Below are positions 1 through 9,021 of a stretch of DNA of 30,514 nucleotides, one piece after another. The notes under the pieces are model-generated. The model saw only the letters and a list, made by a program, of their open reading frames with translations. It had not been told where the DNA came from and did no database searches. A program made the translations under genes and the position numbers. Location: positions 1-30,514 of the IMG/VR virus record IMGVR_UViG_3300027586_000029; one strand, 5' to 3'. Every line of letters begins with the position of its first letter. Positions within the stretch are counted from its first letter, which is position 1. This DNA comes from a virus. Lineage: Duplodnaviria; Caudoviricetes.

Positions 1-2492
1 GCATTTTTCATAACATTGCCGGCGTCAATTGCTGATGCACGTAATGAACCACCCGGGCCTACTCCAAATAAACTAGTTAATTTCTCATTTACTCCACCTG
101 GACTAGATGCAGATAATTCTGATTTCATTATTTGAGATTTAATGTCGGAAGGTGTAGTAGAAGCAGGTGTGTTTTCTTCTTTAACTACTGTTAAGTTTTG
201 AGGACCTTTAGTTAAGGGTTTTAGTGCGGCAGTCATAGTACCAAACACACCTGCAGCTATACCTTTGAGTTTATCGGCTGCATCAAACCCTCCAAGTTTT
301 ACTCCACTAAGCGCAGTCATACTTTTTTCTGATAGTCCGGCGGCAAAGTTACCTGATGCAATTAAATCTTTGGGTGATCCCGGAACCATATTAGTTAGTT
401 GCGTTGCTAATCCGGTTAGTGATCCGGGAAGTGCGGCTCCTTGTTTAAAACTGTTAACATAAGACATAGTTGGGCCCACACCTAGACTAGCGGCACTCAT
501 TAATAATCCCCCTACTTGGGAAGCGTTTTCACCCCCAGTTATTACTCCGGTAGCTTTTAATCCCATTTCGCTAGATTTCAATAAATCGATACCTGATTTA
601 CTTTGAGCCATTGGGTTGGACAAATATTGATTAACATTTTTAATACCATCTTTACCCGTGAACAAATTACTAGGCATTGCTTCTGCGATTGACTTACCGT
701 TTTGTATACCTGCATTTGCTACAACAGATGCGCCGGGCTTTAATAGTCCTGCTTGTTCAAGCTGTGTTGGATTAAGAGCAAGGCTACCCAACGCCGCAGT
801 TTTTATACCTTGCCCTGAAGTTAACACCCCGGCACCTTGTACTAACGCAGGACCAAACGGCCCGGCTACTGCTGTCAACGCCATCTGTGATACTAAACTG
901 CTACTGGCACCTTTACCAATTGAATCTGAAATTGCTCCTATGTTAGGAACTGTTGCTGACATTGATGAACTAGTTAATGACTTAGTATTCAATACAGTTG
1001 ATGCATTATTAACTGCACTCGCGGCAGGTGTAGGTGAACTTGGAAAATTACTAGAAGATTTTAAATCAGCTTTAGCATCTGTACCTTGTCCTGCGTGTGC
1101 CCATGGCATGTGAGCCGGAGCACGACTTGTAATACTAGATAACTTACCGGGAGCAGGTACATATCCTTTCTTAGCGTCTTCCAATGTATCAGTATGCGCT
1201 ACGATAGGTAATTGTTTTACTTCCTCAGGGTTCAATGACATTTCACCGCTGTTAAGTTTTACATCAGGTCCACCGTTAACATAAACAGTACCCTTAGATT
1301 TTAAACCCATATCGCCGGCGCTTGCTATAGCTATTTTACTTTCCACACGAACAGTATGGTCACCCTTAGTATATCCTTTATAGTTAGTACCTACGTAGTT
1401 TGTAGTTTCTTTTAAACTTTCTATTTTGACATTTTCTGCTGACAAGTTTAAATCTTTTGCGGCGTTAATATTAATATTTCTATCTGCATGTAAGTTTAAA
1501 TCGCCCATTGTTCTTATGTTAACACTATTAGTAGAGTACATATCAATTGTACCTTCTTTACCTAATTCGATATAACTTTGTCCGTTAGCATGAATGATTG
1601 TTATTAATTCTGCCGCATCATTCATCATTATCATATGACCGGTACCAGTTCTAAATCTCATTAACTGGTCTTTACCGTAGATATCACCGTCATCCATAAC
1701 CAATGTATGTCCACCGCGTCTACCTGTAATTTTGAAGTTCTCATTTGGAGTACTATCATTAGTAATAGCATCACCAATAGAACGGTCATCGTATCCGCCT
1801 TGATATATAGGTCTACCGGGAGTACTCATTCCAAATACACGACTGGGGCTTTCACGATTTGCGCTACTTGATATTGTTCCCCTATCTGGATCACGTATTA
1901 AACCTTGACGGTTTAATATTGCCGCCTGATAACTATGTACAGGTCTATATTGAGTAGAAAGAGCAGGATTGAGATCCTTATTCTTATTAGCATTATTATA
2001 TTCAGTCACTGGTAGTTTAGTTGCACCACCGTAACTTTCTGCTTCACCTTGATTTACTGATGGTCTAGTATCTGATCCTATTGCCGGAACCATTTGAGTC
2101 AATCCTGCTCTAGGTATACAACCTACATAGAACCCCTGACTAGGATCTCCGTTTAAGAAAATACAAATTACTTCTGTGCCTATGTCAGGAGGTGTAGCCC
2201 AAAAACCATAACTGTGCGGATTACCGGCAAATTTACCTTCATCATCTGCACTAGACTCATTTGTTGTATAACCAAAGAACGGGCTCATGTATCGTACAGG
2301 AACCCAATATACCGGGTTATCTTGTTCGGGACTATTACCTCGTACTAAGTATACTTCAATTTTACCTGAGCGTCCTGGGTCCATGTTATTTTTAACAATG
2401 CCAATAACTGCACTGGGAATTAAGCCTGCACCGCCGGTATCATCTTTAGTGGATCTTAGTTGACCTTTTAGTCGAATATCATTATCTGCCAT
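1..2492 (-). CDS. gp5: Baseplate central spike, gp5/VgrG-like (partial, >830 aa, runs off the left edge)
   Basis: Not in the ORF track. My translation from ATG 2492 reads MADNDIRLKG...IGIVKNNMDPGRSGKIEVYL...WVPVRYMSPFFG...SYGFWATPPDIGTEVICIFLNGDPSQGFYVGC, a gp5 OB-fold pattern. GHTLVMDDG and beta-helix-like repeats (VNIRTMGDLNLHADRNININAAKDLNL) follow. I saw no stop before position 1. Confidence 0.85.
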   Translation of the reverse strand, partial: MADNDIRLKGQLRSTKDDTGGAGLIPSAVIGIVKNNMDPGRSGKIEVYLVRGNSPEQDNPVYWVPVRYMSPFFGYTTNESSADDEGKFAGNPHSYGFWATPPDIGTEVICIFLNGDPSQGFYVGCIPRAGLTQMVPAIGSDTRPSVNQGEAESYGGATKLPVTEYNNANKNKDLNPALSTQYRPVHSYQAAILNRQGLIRDPDRGTISSSANRESPSRVFGMSTPGRPIYQGGYDDRSIGDAITNDSTPNENFKITGRRGGHTLVMDDGDIYGKDQLMRFRTGTGHMIMMNDAAELITIIHANGQSYIELGKEGTIDMYSTNSVNIRTMGDLNLHADRNININAAKDLNLSAENVKIESLKETTNYVGTNYKGYTKGDHTVRVESKIAIASAGDMGLKSKGTVYVNGGPDVKLNSGEMSLNPEEVKQLPIVAHTDTLEDAKKGYVPAPGKLSSITSRAPAHMPWAHAGQGTDAKADLKSSSNFPSSPTPAASAVNNASTVLNTKSLTSSSMSATVPNIGAISDSIGKGASSSLVSQMALTAVAGPFGPALVQGAGVLTSGQGIKTAALGSLALNPTQLEQAGLLKPGASVVANAGIQNGKSIAEAMPSNLFTGKDGIKNVNQYLSNPMAQSKSGIDLLKSSEMGLKATGVITGGENASQVGGLLMSAASLGVGPTMSYVNSFKQGAALPGSLTGLATQLTNMVPGSPKDLIASGNFAAGLSEKSMTALSGVKLGGFDAADKLKGIAAGVFGTMTAALKPLTKGPQNLTVVKEENTPASTTPSDIKSQIMKSELSASSPGGVNEKLTSLFGVGPGGSLRASAIDAGNVMKN

Positions 2493-2493
2493 A

Positions 2494-5121
2494 TTATGCG
2501 AATCTCTCGTTATTCGATGGATCAGGTCCACCGGCATTATTGTTAATAGTAGTATAGTTCTCTGGTAAATCTAGCCCGTTGATATTAGCGTCTGCTCTAT
2601 TATCCTGACTAGAATTGCCTCCTGTTGCATCGCCTTCGTAATCAAAGGGAGGAATACATGTTCTTAACTCTTGTGTAAATAATCCTCTACTGAAGTTGCT
2701 AGTAACTTGCCATACCATATATGCTACACCTTGAATCTTATCTTTAATATTTGATGGATAAGGCCAAAATATTATTTCTCCGTCTTTACTAGGATCTAAC
2801 AAGCCGGTTTCTTTATTGTAATCTTCAGCTTGTCTGAATGCTATTTCAATAAACACTTGTCCACTACTAGGATTTATACTATGCCCATCTTCACCATAAT
2901 GCTGGTTTAACGCAATCTTCATTCCTCTACTTACGCTAGTCATTAGATAATCAGGATCACCTAATATTGTTATCCTTGCCTTTAGCTGGTCACTTGGACT
3001 ATATAAAAAAGTTTTTAATGGACCAAGAACTTCATTCCATTTACCAGCAATCTTTCCTGTTTGGTTAGATCCACTACCATCATCAACTTTTATAGGTGCA
3101 GATGCTTCACCTGATTTACCTTTAATAGGTGCATCAGCTCCATATCCAGCAGTAGTAAAATATAATAAATTATATCCCTGTTCATATGACAATATTTCTT
3201 TTTGATGTTTGGTCGGGTCTTCCAAATCATTTGACATATACCAGTGCTTATACCTCTTATGTGGTCCGTTATATGTGGCTCGTTTATTTGCACTAATGGT
3301 TCTTACATACGGTACAGAATATTTTGAGATTATATATAAAATTTTACAAGCAAATGTATTACGTTTTTCATCATAGTCACCCAAAGTTACATTAGGTATT
3401 ACAGAATACCAAGTTAACAGTTGGTCATTACCTGAAACATAATTTGGGTCGGTTGATTTAGGTTTATTAACTTTTTCAATAGTCTTGGTACTTAGTGCAT
3501 TTGCTACATAACTACTTCCTGTTATTATTTGGTCAATTACAGTTAATATATGTTCACCCCTATTGATAGGTAACACTTTTACAGATTTGTCTATTACATT
3601 ACTTTTTTGAGAATTTTTTTCATTAACATCAGATCCCTTTTTCACACTAGTGTTTGGTGCATTATTATTTGATACAAGATCGATATCTAACATTGTAGCA
3701 TTTGGTATTCCGCTATTATCTTCAAAATCTATTGAGTATGTGTCTTTTACAGAAATCGCCCCTTTATCTAATAGATGTTGCTGATGGTCATTTAAATACT
3801 CGACAAGACCTTTTATGCTATCATTAGTAGAGTCACTAGTCTTACCTACTAACATTTCTTTTACGGTCTTACCTTGCAATGTAGTATTATCTAATATATA
3901 CCCTCTATATGGACCTAGAGCCTTTTCTTCACTTACTGTTTTAGCTTTCAATCGATATACTACCGATTTATTATCTAATTTAAATTCAAATGATGATAGT
4001 TGAATTGGAAAACTACGTTCAAACACAGATGATTGGTCAGTTACTATCTTGTCCGCATTTGGGAAATCGTCTGATGTTAATATTTTACCATTTTTATCAT
4101 AGCCATAAAAGCGTATCATTAATAAAAATTGTGTTTGCAATGCTATTACTGCACTTGATACATCTAAATTTTGTGCTTTGAATTCTTCTAATTTAATCTT
4201 GCTCTTTTTCTGAATATCATACGCGGCTTTAACTAAATTTGTGGGGAATCTAAATCCATATGGTTCCATAATGTCAAATGAGAAATCAAAACTAGTACTA
4301 GTAGTCATCGTTTCTTTACTACTAACATTGGTTACGATTCTTAAATTATCTATATAATAATCTAACTCAAAACCGGCTGCTCTTTCTCCCTCAGTTTTAG
4401 TAAACGTTGTATCCGCAGAACCTTGGTCTACAACAACACCACCTCCCGTAGTCACTGTCTTATATGTCGTTGTTTGTTTACCACCTCCACCACTACGACA
4501 AATAACACGCCAATCGTTTGGTACAAGTTTTTCTCCTAAGGTATATTGATTAAACGAATCAGGATTAATAGCATATAAAGTAATATTATAAGTATGACTC
4601 GCAAACTGACTTAATGGATTATCTCTAGGTTCACGCAATTTACTGCTAGAATTATTTGTACTTACTTTGATGGGTTTAACCGAAACTGCGGTATCATCCT
4701 TTGTGAGATTGCCTATACCATCTATATCAACTTTGAAAGCCGGTTGTGAGTCTGACGGTGATGGGGCCGATTCACTTACTACCGGTGTAACTTCTGTCGC
4801 CGGAAGTGCAGCCGTGTCTGGTGGTGCTGGTGGAGGCGCTGGTTCAGTTACTACTGGTGTTGGGGCTGGCTCTGGCAAAGGTGCTACTGGAGTTACAACG
4901 CTAGTTGGAGTGGTCGTTGGGTTACTATAACTGCCATTGCCTTTGCCGGCTGCAATTTTAGTTAAATTATCACCTGTTACAACTGTATAAGTTGTACCGT
5001 TTGGTAATGCCAACTGTTGTCCGGGTTTAATTAAATTGGGATTTTTACCTACAGTTGATTTATTTGCATTGTACAACGTCTGCCATGTTATAGGCGTAAA
5101 ATTACTTGGTGCTGTTGCCAT
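2494..5121 (-). CDS. Probable baseplate hub protein (gp27-like position) with N-terminal LysM-like domain and Pro/Thr-rich linker
   Basis: 875-aa ORF between the gp53-like and gp5-like genes. N-terminal LysM-type residues (NPNLIKPGQQL, YTVVTGDNLTKIA). C-terminal ITILGDP...Y..WQVTSNFSRGLFTQEL resembles hub proteins. Confidence 0.6.
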   Translation of the reverse strand: MATAPSNFTPITWQTLYNANKSTVGKNPNLIKPGQQLALPNGTTYTVVTGDNLTKIAAGKGNGSYSNPTTTPTSVVTPVAPLPEPAPTPVVTEPAPPPAPPDTAALPATEVTPVVSESAPSPSDSQPAFKVDIDGIGNLTKDDTAVSVKPIKVSTNNSSSKLREPRDNPLSQFASHTYNITLYAINPDSFNQYTLGEKLVPNDWRVICRSGGGGKQTTTYKTVTTGGGVVVDQGSADTTFTKTEGERAAGFELDYYIDNLRIVTNVSSKETMTTSTSFDFSFDIMEPYGFRFPTNLVKAAYDIQKKSKIKLEEFKAQNLDVSSAVIALQTQFLLMIRFYGYDKNGKILTSDDFPNADKIVTDQSSVFERSFPIQLSSFEFKLDNKSVVYRLKAKTVSEEKALGPYRGYILDNTTLQGKTVKEMLVGKTSDSTNDSIKGLVEYLNDHQQHLLDKGAISVKDTYSIDFEDNSGIPNATMLDIDLVSNNNAPNTSVKKGSDVNEKNSQKSNVIDKSVKVLPINRGEHILTVIDQIITGSSYVANALSTKTIEKVNKPKSTDPNYVSGNDQLLTWYSVIPNVTLGDYDEKRNTFACKILYIISKYSVPYVRTISANKRATYNGPHKRYKHWYMSNDLEDPTKHQKEILSYEQGYNLLYFTTAGYGADAPIKGKSGEASAPIKVDDGSGSNQTGKIAGKWNEVLGPLKTFLYSPSDQLKARITILGDPDYLMTSVSRGMKIALNQHYGEDGHSINPSSGQVFIEIAFRQAEDYNKETGLLDPSKDGEIIFWPYPSNIKDKIQGVAYMVWQVTSNFSRGLFTQELRTCIPPFDYEGDATGGNSSQDNRADANINGLDLPENYTTINNNAGGPDPSNNERFA

Positions 5122-5122
5122 A

Positions 5123-5422
5123 TTATAAACCCAATGATTCTTTCAAACTAGAATATTGTGGTAGGTAAATTTTAGTTCCTAACACAAAATCAAACATTGG
5201 ATCTTTAAGTATATTAGGATTACGTTGTGAAAAAACCCACCACAATTTACTATCATTATACAAGTCATGTGCTAGTAAATCTGGACGTAGGTTATATGTA
5301 GTGTTTATTTCAAATAGTACATCATCCATTTGAGAGGATATACTACGATTTTCCATTACATCTAAAAATAAATTTTTATATACTTTTGTTGAAAAATATG
5401 GACTTGTTTGGCTGTATGACAT
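5123..5422 (-). CDS. gp53: Baseplate wedge protein, gp53-like (LysM-like fold)
   Basis: RPDLLAHDLYNDSKLWWVF...N...DP matches the gp53 pattern. Start placed at ATG 5422, which overlaps the upstream stop (TAATG). Confidence 0.75.
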   Translation of the reverse strand: MSYSQTSPYFSTKVYKNLFLDVMENRSISSQMDDVLFEINTTYNLRPDLLAHDLYNDSKLWWVFSQRNPNILKDPMFDFVLGTKIYLPQYSSLKESLGL

Positions 5423-6726
5423 TACCAAATTCCTTTCTCTCTAATTAATTTACCAGAAGCATAATCTTTGAGACTGAAGTTTTTACTTATATCAGCACGT
5501 GATACGATTACGTGAGCACCTAACGTTATTTGCATTTTAGTTGGTACATATGTATTTTCAAAATATGCATTAGTCAATGACCCAGATTTAAAAACTGGTT
5601 GCGGTGGTTTTGCTTGGGGTTTTATTCCGGATAATTTAAGTCGTATTTTTTGAAAGAAGTTAGGACTAGACGCCGGTGTATTATCTTTGTCGTTGGCGTC
5701 TCCTATTCCAGAACCAGACCACGGTATCATTGCTTCAGTTCTTATATAGTCAACGTCAGTTGGTAAACTATAACTGAAGGAAGATATAACTATCGGGTGC
5801 TTGTTAAACTGATACGCTCCTAATCCGGACAAGAAACACATTGGCGGAGGAGTGCCAGCAACCGGGCTACCATCTTGTCCATAAAACATTTTAGTAACTG
5901 ACCTAAAGAAATGAATAACTGCTAATAAATATTTGGCTTCAGTGGTGTCTTGTGCAGTAAAGTCTGCGGTAATTTGTATATCATCAACACTACTTCCTCT
6001 ATAAAACTGAAGTTTATAATTACTATGTGTAACTTCCGCCGAATCATAATTTGCACGATATGATAAACTAATTGCCGGCATATAGGGAAAAATTATTCCA
6101 CTGGTGTCATATATTGGTTTTAGAATATGTTTACTACCATTATTTTTAACATCCGGATCATTGTATAGATAATTGGAACCATCTGCTAACGATAATTTAA
6201 CTCTCCAATCATTTATTTTTGATTGACCTTGTGGAACCACTTGTGATGCGGCCGGAGGTCGAGCACCAATAGCTGCCAACACGCTGTTATTTAAATCTAC
6301 GTTTGCTACTTGTAAATTAGATGGCTGTGTTTCCGGATTAGCAGGAGTAATTACTGCGTTTGGATTGGGATCACCGTTTGGATTAGTTGCGGCTGCATTC
6401 TGGGCTTCGGCAGCATTGGTGGTGTCACTAGCCGCTACTGTTTTTTGATCTGTACTAACTGGAGCATCTGTTACACTAGTAAGTACACCTTTAGAATCAA
6501 AGTTATTAACAGAGCCATCACCATTTGTTGTTTTAAACCCACCCCCGGCTTCAGCATTAACCCGTTCTTTCAAGTATGTAACAGATTTTTCTAGGTCGGC
6601 TACTCTAGCGGCCCCCATCTGAGCCATGCCTGGACGTCCTTGTGCAGTGTCTTGCGCTACTCCTAATTGGGCGGCTGCTAGATTTTGTTGGGCTACAGCT
6701 AGTGATTTTTCTGTTTCAGTTGCCAT
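5422..6726 (-). CDS. Baseplate/tail-tube initiator, gp48/gp54-like, with low-complexity N-terminal extension
   Basis: 434 aa. The C-terminal part (IFPYMPAISLSYRANY...IQITADFTAQ...GTPPPMCFL...PIVISSFSYSLP...VPTKMQITL) resembles tube-fold proteins of contractile tails. Lies next to the gp53-like gene. Confidence 0.6.
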   Translation of the reverse strand: MATETEKSLAVAQQNLAAAQLGVAQDTAQGRPGMAQMGAARVADLEKSVTYLKERVNAEAGGGFKTTNGDGSVNNFDSKGVLTSVTDAPVSTDQKTVAASDTTNAAEAQNAAATNPNGDPNPNAVITPANPETQPSNLQVANVDLNNSVLAAIGARPPAASQVVPQGQSKINDWRVKLSLADGSNYLYNDPDVKNNGSKHILKPIYDTSGIIFPYMPAISLSYRANYDSAEVTHSNYKLQFYRGSSVDDIQITADFTAQDTTEAKYLLAVIHFFRSVTKMFYGQDGSPVAGTPPPMCFLSGLGAYQFNKHPIVISSFSYSLPTDVDYIRTEAMIPWSGSGIGDANDKDNTPASSPNFFQKIRLKLSGIKPQAKPPQPVFKSGSLTNAYFENTYVPTKMQITLGAHVIVSRADISKNFSLKDYASGKLIREKGIW

Positions 6727-6748
6727 TGATATTTACCTTTACTAAATA

Positions 6749-6756
6749 TATTTATC
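6749..6756 (-). promoter_or_regulatory. T4-type late promoter (GATAAATA) for the baseplate operon
   Basis: Close to the T4 late consensus TATAAATA; ends 22 nt upstream of ATG 6726. Confidence 0.65.
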
Positions 6757-6789
6757 GCACAAAAAATCACCATTTTTTACCATATAGTG

Positions 6790-6818
6790 TTGCATTTCTG
6801 CAACTAAAGTGCTATACT
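6790..6818 (+). promoter_or_regulatory. Sigma70-type promoter for the gp55-like gene
   Basis: TTGCAT (6790-6795), 17-nt spacer, TATACT (6813-6818) with extended -10 TG. RBS GGAGA at 6836-6840. Confidence 0.7.
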
Positions 6819-6843
6819 CTACTCAACATAACTACGGAGAATT

Positions 6844-7740
6844 ATGAGTTTACCAAGCAAAAAACCAGTTAATTACCTTAATAATAAGGATATTTTAAAA
6901 GAAATACATTCAAGCAAAAACACATACTGCGCTTATCTACTACCCGAAGATCATAGATACGATTTCATCGTTGATATGCCGACAGAACCTTTAGAAAAAA
7001 GTTTAGAATATGCGTTTAATCCTGAAAGTATTCAGCAAGCAAAAGAAATTAGGGCAACTAGACTTAGTTTAGAAGCAGGAGAAAAAGATTCAATAGATCC
7101 AGAATCAATTCCTATTACAGATTTGGTATTTAGAGTAATGACATGGGACCATATCCCTGTAGCGCCAAAACAACCCAGAAAAGTTGATAAAAAGAAAACA
7201 GCAAAAGATTTCTTTGAGTTTAATGAAGATGGGGATGAAATATTTGCTGAGTTGGAAGATCCAACTACAAAAGCAGAAATTGATGACATGGTTCATGTTA
7301 AGGTTAACTTTCCCCCATTCCAACATTTTCGATTAGACAAGACCAACACATTTAAGTGTATTGGAAAAAGTCATTGGATTGGTGACTTAAAAACAGGTGA
7401 GTTTAGCAAAGACCAAGGTAATATCACAGATAAACTAGCACGTATGTACATTATGATGTGTCAAAAATATGCTATGAAGTTTAACTGGCGTGGTTATACA
7501 TATAATGATGAGATGCGTAATAGTGCTATTTTACAACTTACATATGTTGGGTTACGATTCAATGAAGCAAAAAGTGCCAATCCTTTTGCATACTACACAG
7601 CCGCAATTACTAATAGTTTTTGTCGTGTACTGAACAGTGAAAAGCGTAACCAAAATATAAGAGATGACATTTTAGAAATGAATGGTCTTAATCCAAGCTG
7701 GTCTAGACAAGGAACGTCTAGTACAGTGTACGAAGAATAA
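6844..7740 (+). CDS. gp55: Late-transcription sigma factor, gp55-like, with a large insertion
   Basis: N-terminal NYLNNKDILKEI and C-terminal NWRGYTYNDEM...FNEAKSANPFAYYT match gp55 motifs. Directly upstream of gp47/gp46, as in T4-like phages. Confidence 0.85.
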   Translation: MSLPSKKPVNYLNNKDILKEIHSSKNTYCAYLLPEDHRYDFIVDMPTEPLEKSLEYAFNPESIQQAKEIRATRLSLEAGEKDSIDPESIPITDLVFRVMTWDHIPVAPKQPRKVDKKKTAKDFFEFNEDGDEIFAELEDPTTKAEIDDMVHVKVNFPPFQHFRLDKTNTFKCIGKSHWIGDLKTGEFSKDQGNITDKLARMYIMMCQKYAMKFNWRGYTYNDEMRNSAILQLTYVGLRFNEAKSANPFAYYTAAITNSFCRVLNSEKRNQNIRDDILEMNGLNPSWSRQGTSSTVYEE

Positions 7741-7754
7741 TTTAACCACAGGGG

Positions 7755-7783
7755 TTGAAATATCACTCCTGTTCAATTATAAT
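7755..7783 (+). promoter_or_regulatory. Sigma70-type promoter for gp47-gp46
   Basis: TTGAAA (7755-7760), 17-nt spacer, TATAAT (7778-7783). The ATG begins at 7790. Confidence 0.7.
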
Positions 7784-7789
7784 AGATGA

Positions 7790-8803
7790 ATGAGTAACCT
7801 TTTTAAAAAAGCTGCCGTTTTTACGGACATACATTTCGGTCTAAAGAGTAACAGTCTACAACATAATTTAGATTGTGCTAATTTTGTAGACTGGTTCATT
7901 AAGAAAGCAAAAGATGAAGGATGTGAAACTTGTTTCTTTCTTGGTGATTACAATCACCATAGAGCAAGTATTAACATCCACACTTTGCAATTTGGACTAC
8001 AGGCATTAGAAAAACTAAATGCTAACTTTGATAGAGTATATTTTATCCCAGGTAATCACGACCTTTATTATCGTGACCGCCGTGACATTCATAGTGTTGA
8101 ATGGGCTAAACATTTACCCAACGTACACATCATCAATGACTTCTTTAGTGACGGTGACGTTGTAATTACTCCCTGGCTTGTACAAGATGACTATAAGAAA
8201 GTTCAAAAGTTATCTGGTAAATACATGTTTGGTCATTTAGAATTACCCAGATTCTACATGAATGCTATGGTAGAGATGCCAGACCACGGTGAGATTAACG
8301 AAGACCATATGAAGGGTTTTGATAAAGTATTCAGTGGTCATTTTCATAAACGACAAGCACGTAAAAATATTTGGTATATCGGAAATGCTTTCCCTCACAA
8401 TTATGCTGATGCTGGCGATGACGGACGTGGCATGATGATATTAGAATGGGGAGAAGAACCAATATTTCATAGTTGGCCTAGACAACCCATTTTTAGAGTA
8501 CACAAACTTAGCGAGATACTAGAAAACCCTGAAGGGTTGCTATTGATTGACAGTCATGTTAGAGTACATCTTGATATTGATATTAGTTATGAAGAAGCAA
8601 ACTTCATACGTGAAACTATGATACCAGAACATAAACTACGTGAAATGACATTGATACCCATGAAAATGGAACAAACTGAAAATCAAGGCTTTGACGGTCT
8701 TAAGTTTGAAAGTGTAGACCAAATTGTCATCGACCAGATTAACAGTATTGAGTCAAATACTTTTGACAAAAAGATATTGTTAGAGATTTACAACAATCTA
8801 TGA
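7790..8803 (+). CDS. gp47: Recombination nuclease subunit (Mre11/SbcD-like)
   Basis: Metallophosphoesterase motifs DIHFG, LGD, GNHD, GHLE and SGHFH; upstream of the Rad50-like gene. Confidence 0.95.
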   Translation: MSNLFKKAAVFTDIHFGLKSNSLQHNLDCANFVDWFIKKAKDEGCETCFFLGDYNHHRASINIHTLQFGLQALEKLNANFDRVYFIPGNHDLYYRDRRDIHSVEWAKHLPNVHIINDFFSDGDVVITPWLVQDDYKKVQKLSGKYMFGHLELPRFYMNAMVEMPDHGEINEDHMKGFDKVFSGHFHKRQARKNIWYIGNAFPHNYADAGDDGRGMMILEWGEEPIFHSWPRQPIFRVHKLSEILENPEGLLLIDSHVRVHLDIDISYEEANFIRETMIPEHKLREMTLIPMKMEQTENQGFDGLKFESVDQIVIDQINSIESNTFDKKILLEIYNNL

Positions 8804-9021
8804 AGATACCCAGAGAAGTAAGAGAATTAGAATCATTGATTAAAGTAAACAAGCATTTGGGTATTGCGTTATCTGAGTTGACCAACACTCATTCTTATAT
8901 AGGTAGTTTAAGAGAACAAAAAAGTTTGATTAGAGTTAAACTTAAACTAGAAGGTATAATAGAACGAACATTGAAGGCTGAGAAATTAGCCAAGAACAGT
9001 TTTTTTAGAAAATTAAAATGA
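8800..9021 (+). CDS. Small basic hypothetical protein
   Basis: 73 aa. ATGA overlaps with both gp47 and gp46 suggest translational coupling. Confidence 0.65.
   Translation: MKIPREVRELESLIKVNKHLGIALSELTNTHSYIGSLREQKSLIRVKLKLEGIIERTLKAEKLAKNSFFRKLK

Noticed and set aside
265-1113. Plus-strand ORFs 265-462 and 658-1113
   Set aside because: They lie antisense to the long gp5-like frame and have no motifs. The same applies to the other short antisense or nested ORFs in the track (e.g. 4667-4930, 15990-16430, 18074-18835, 23250-23696, 28066-28413).
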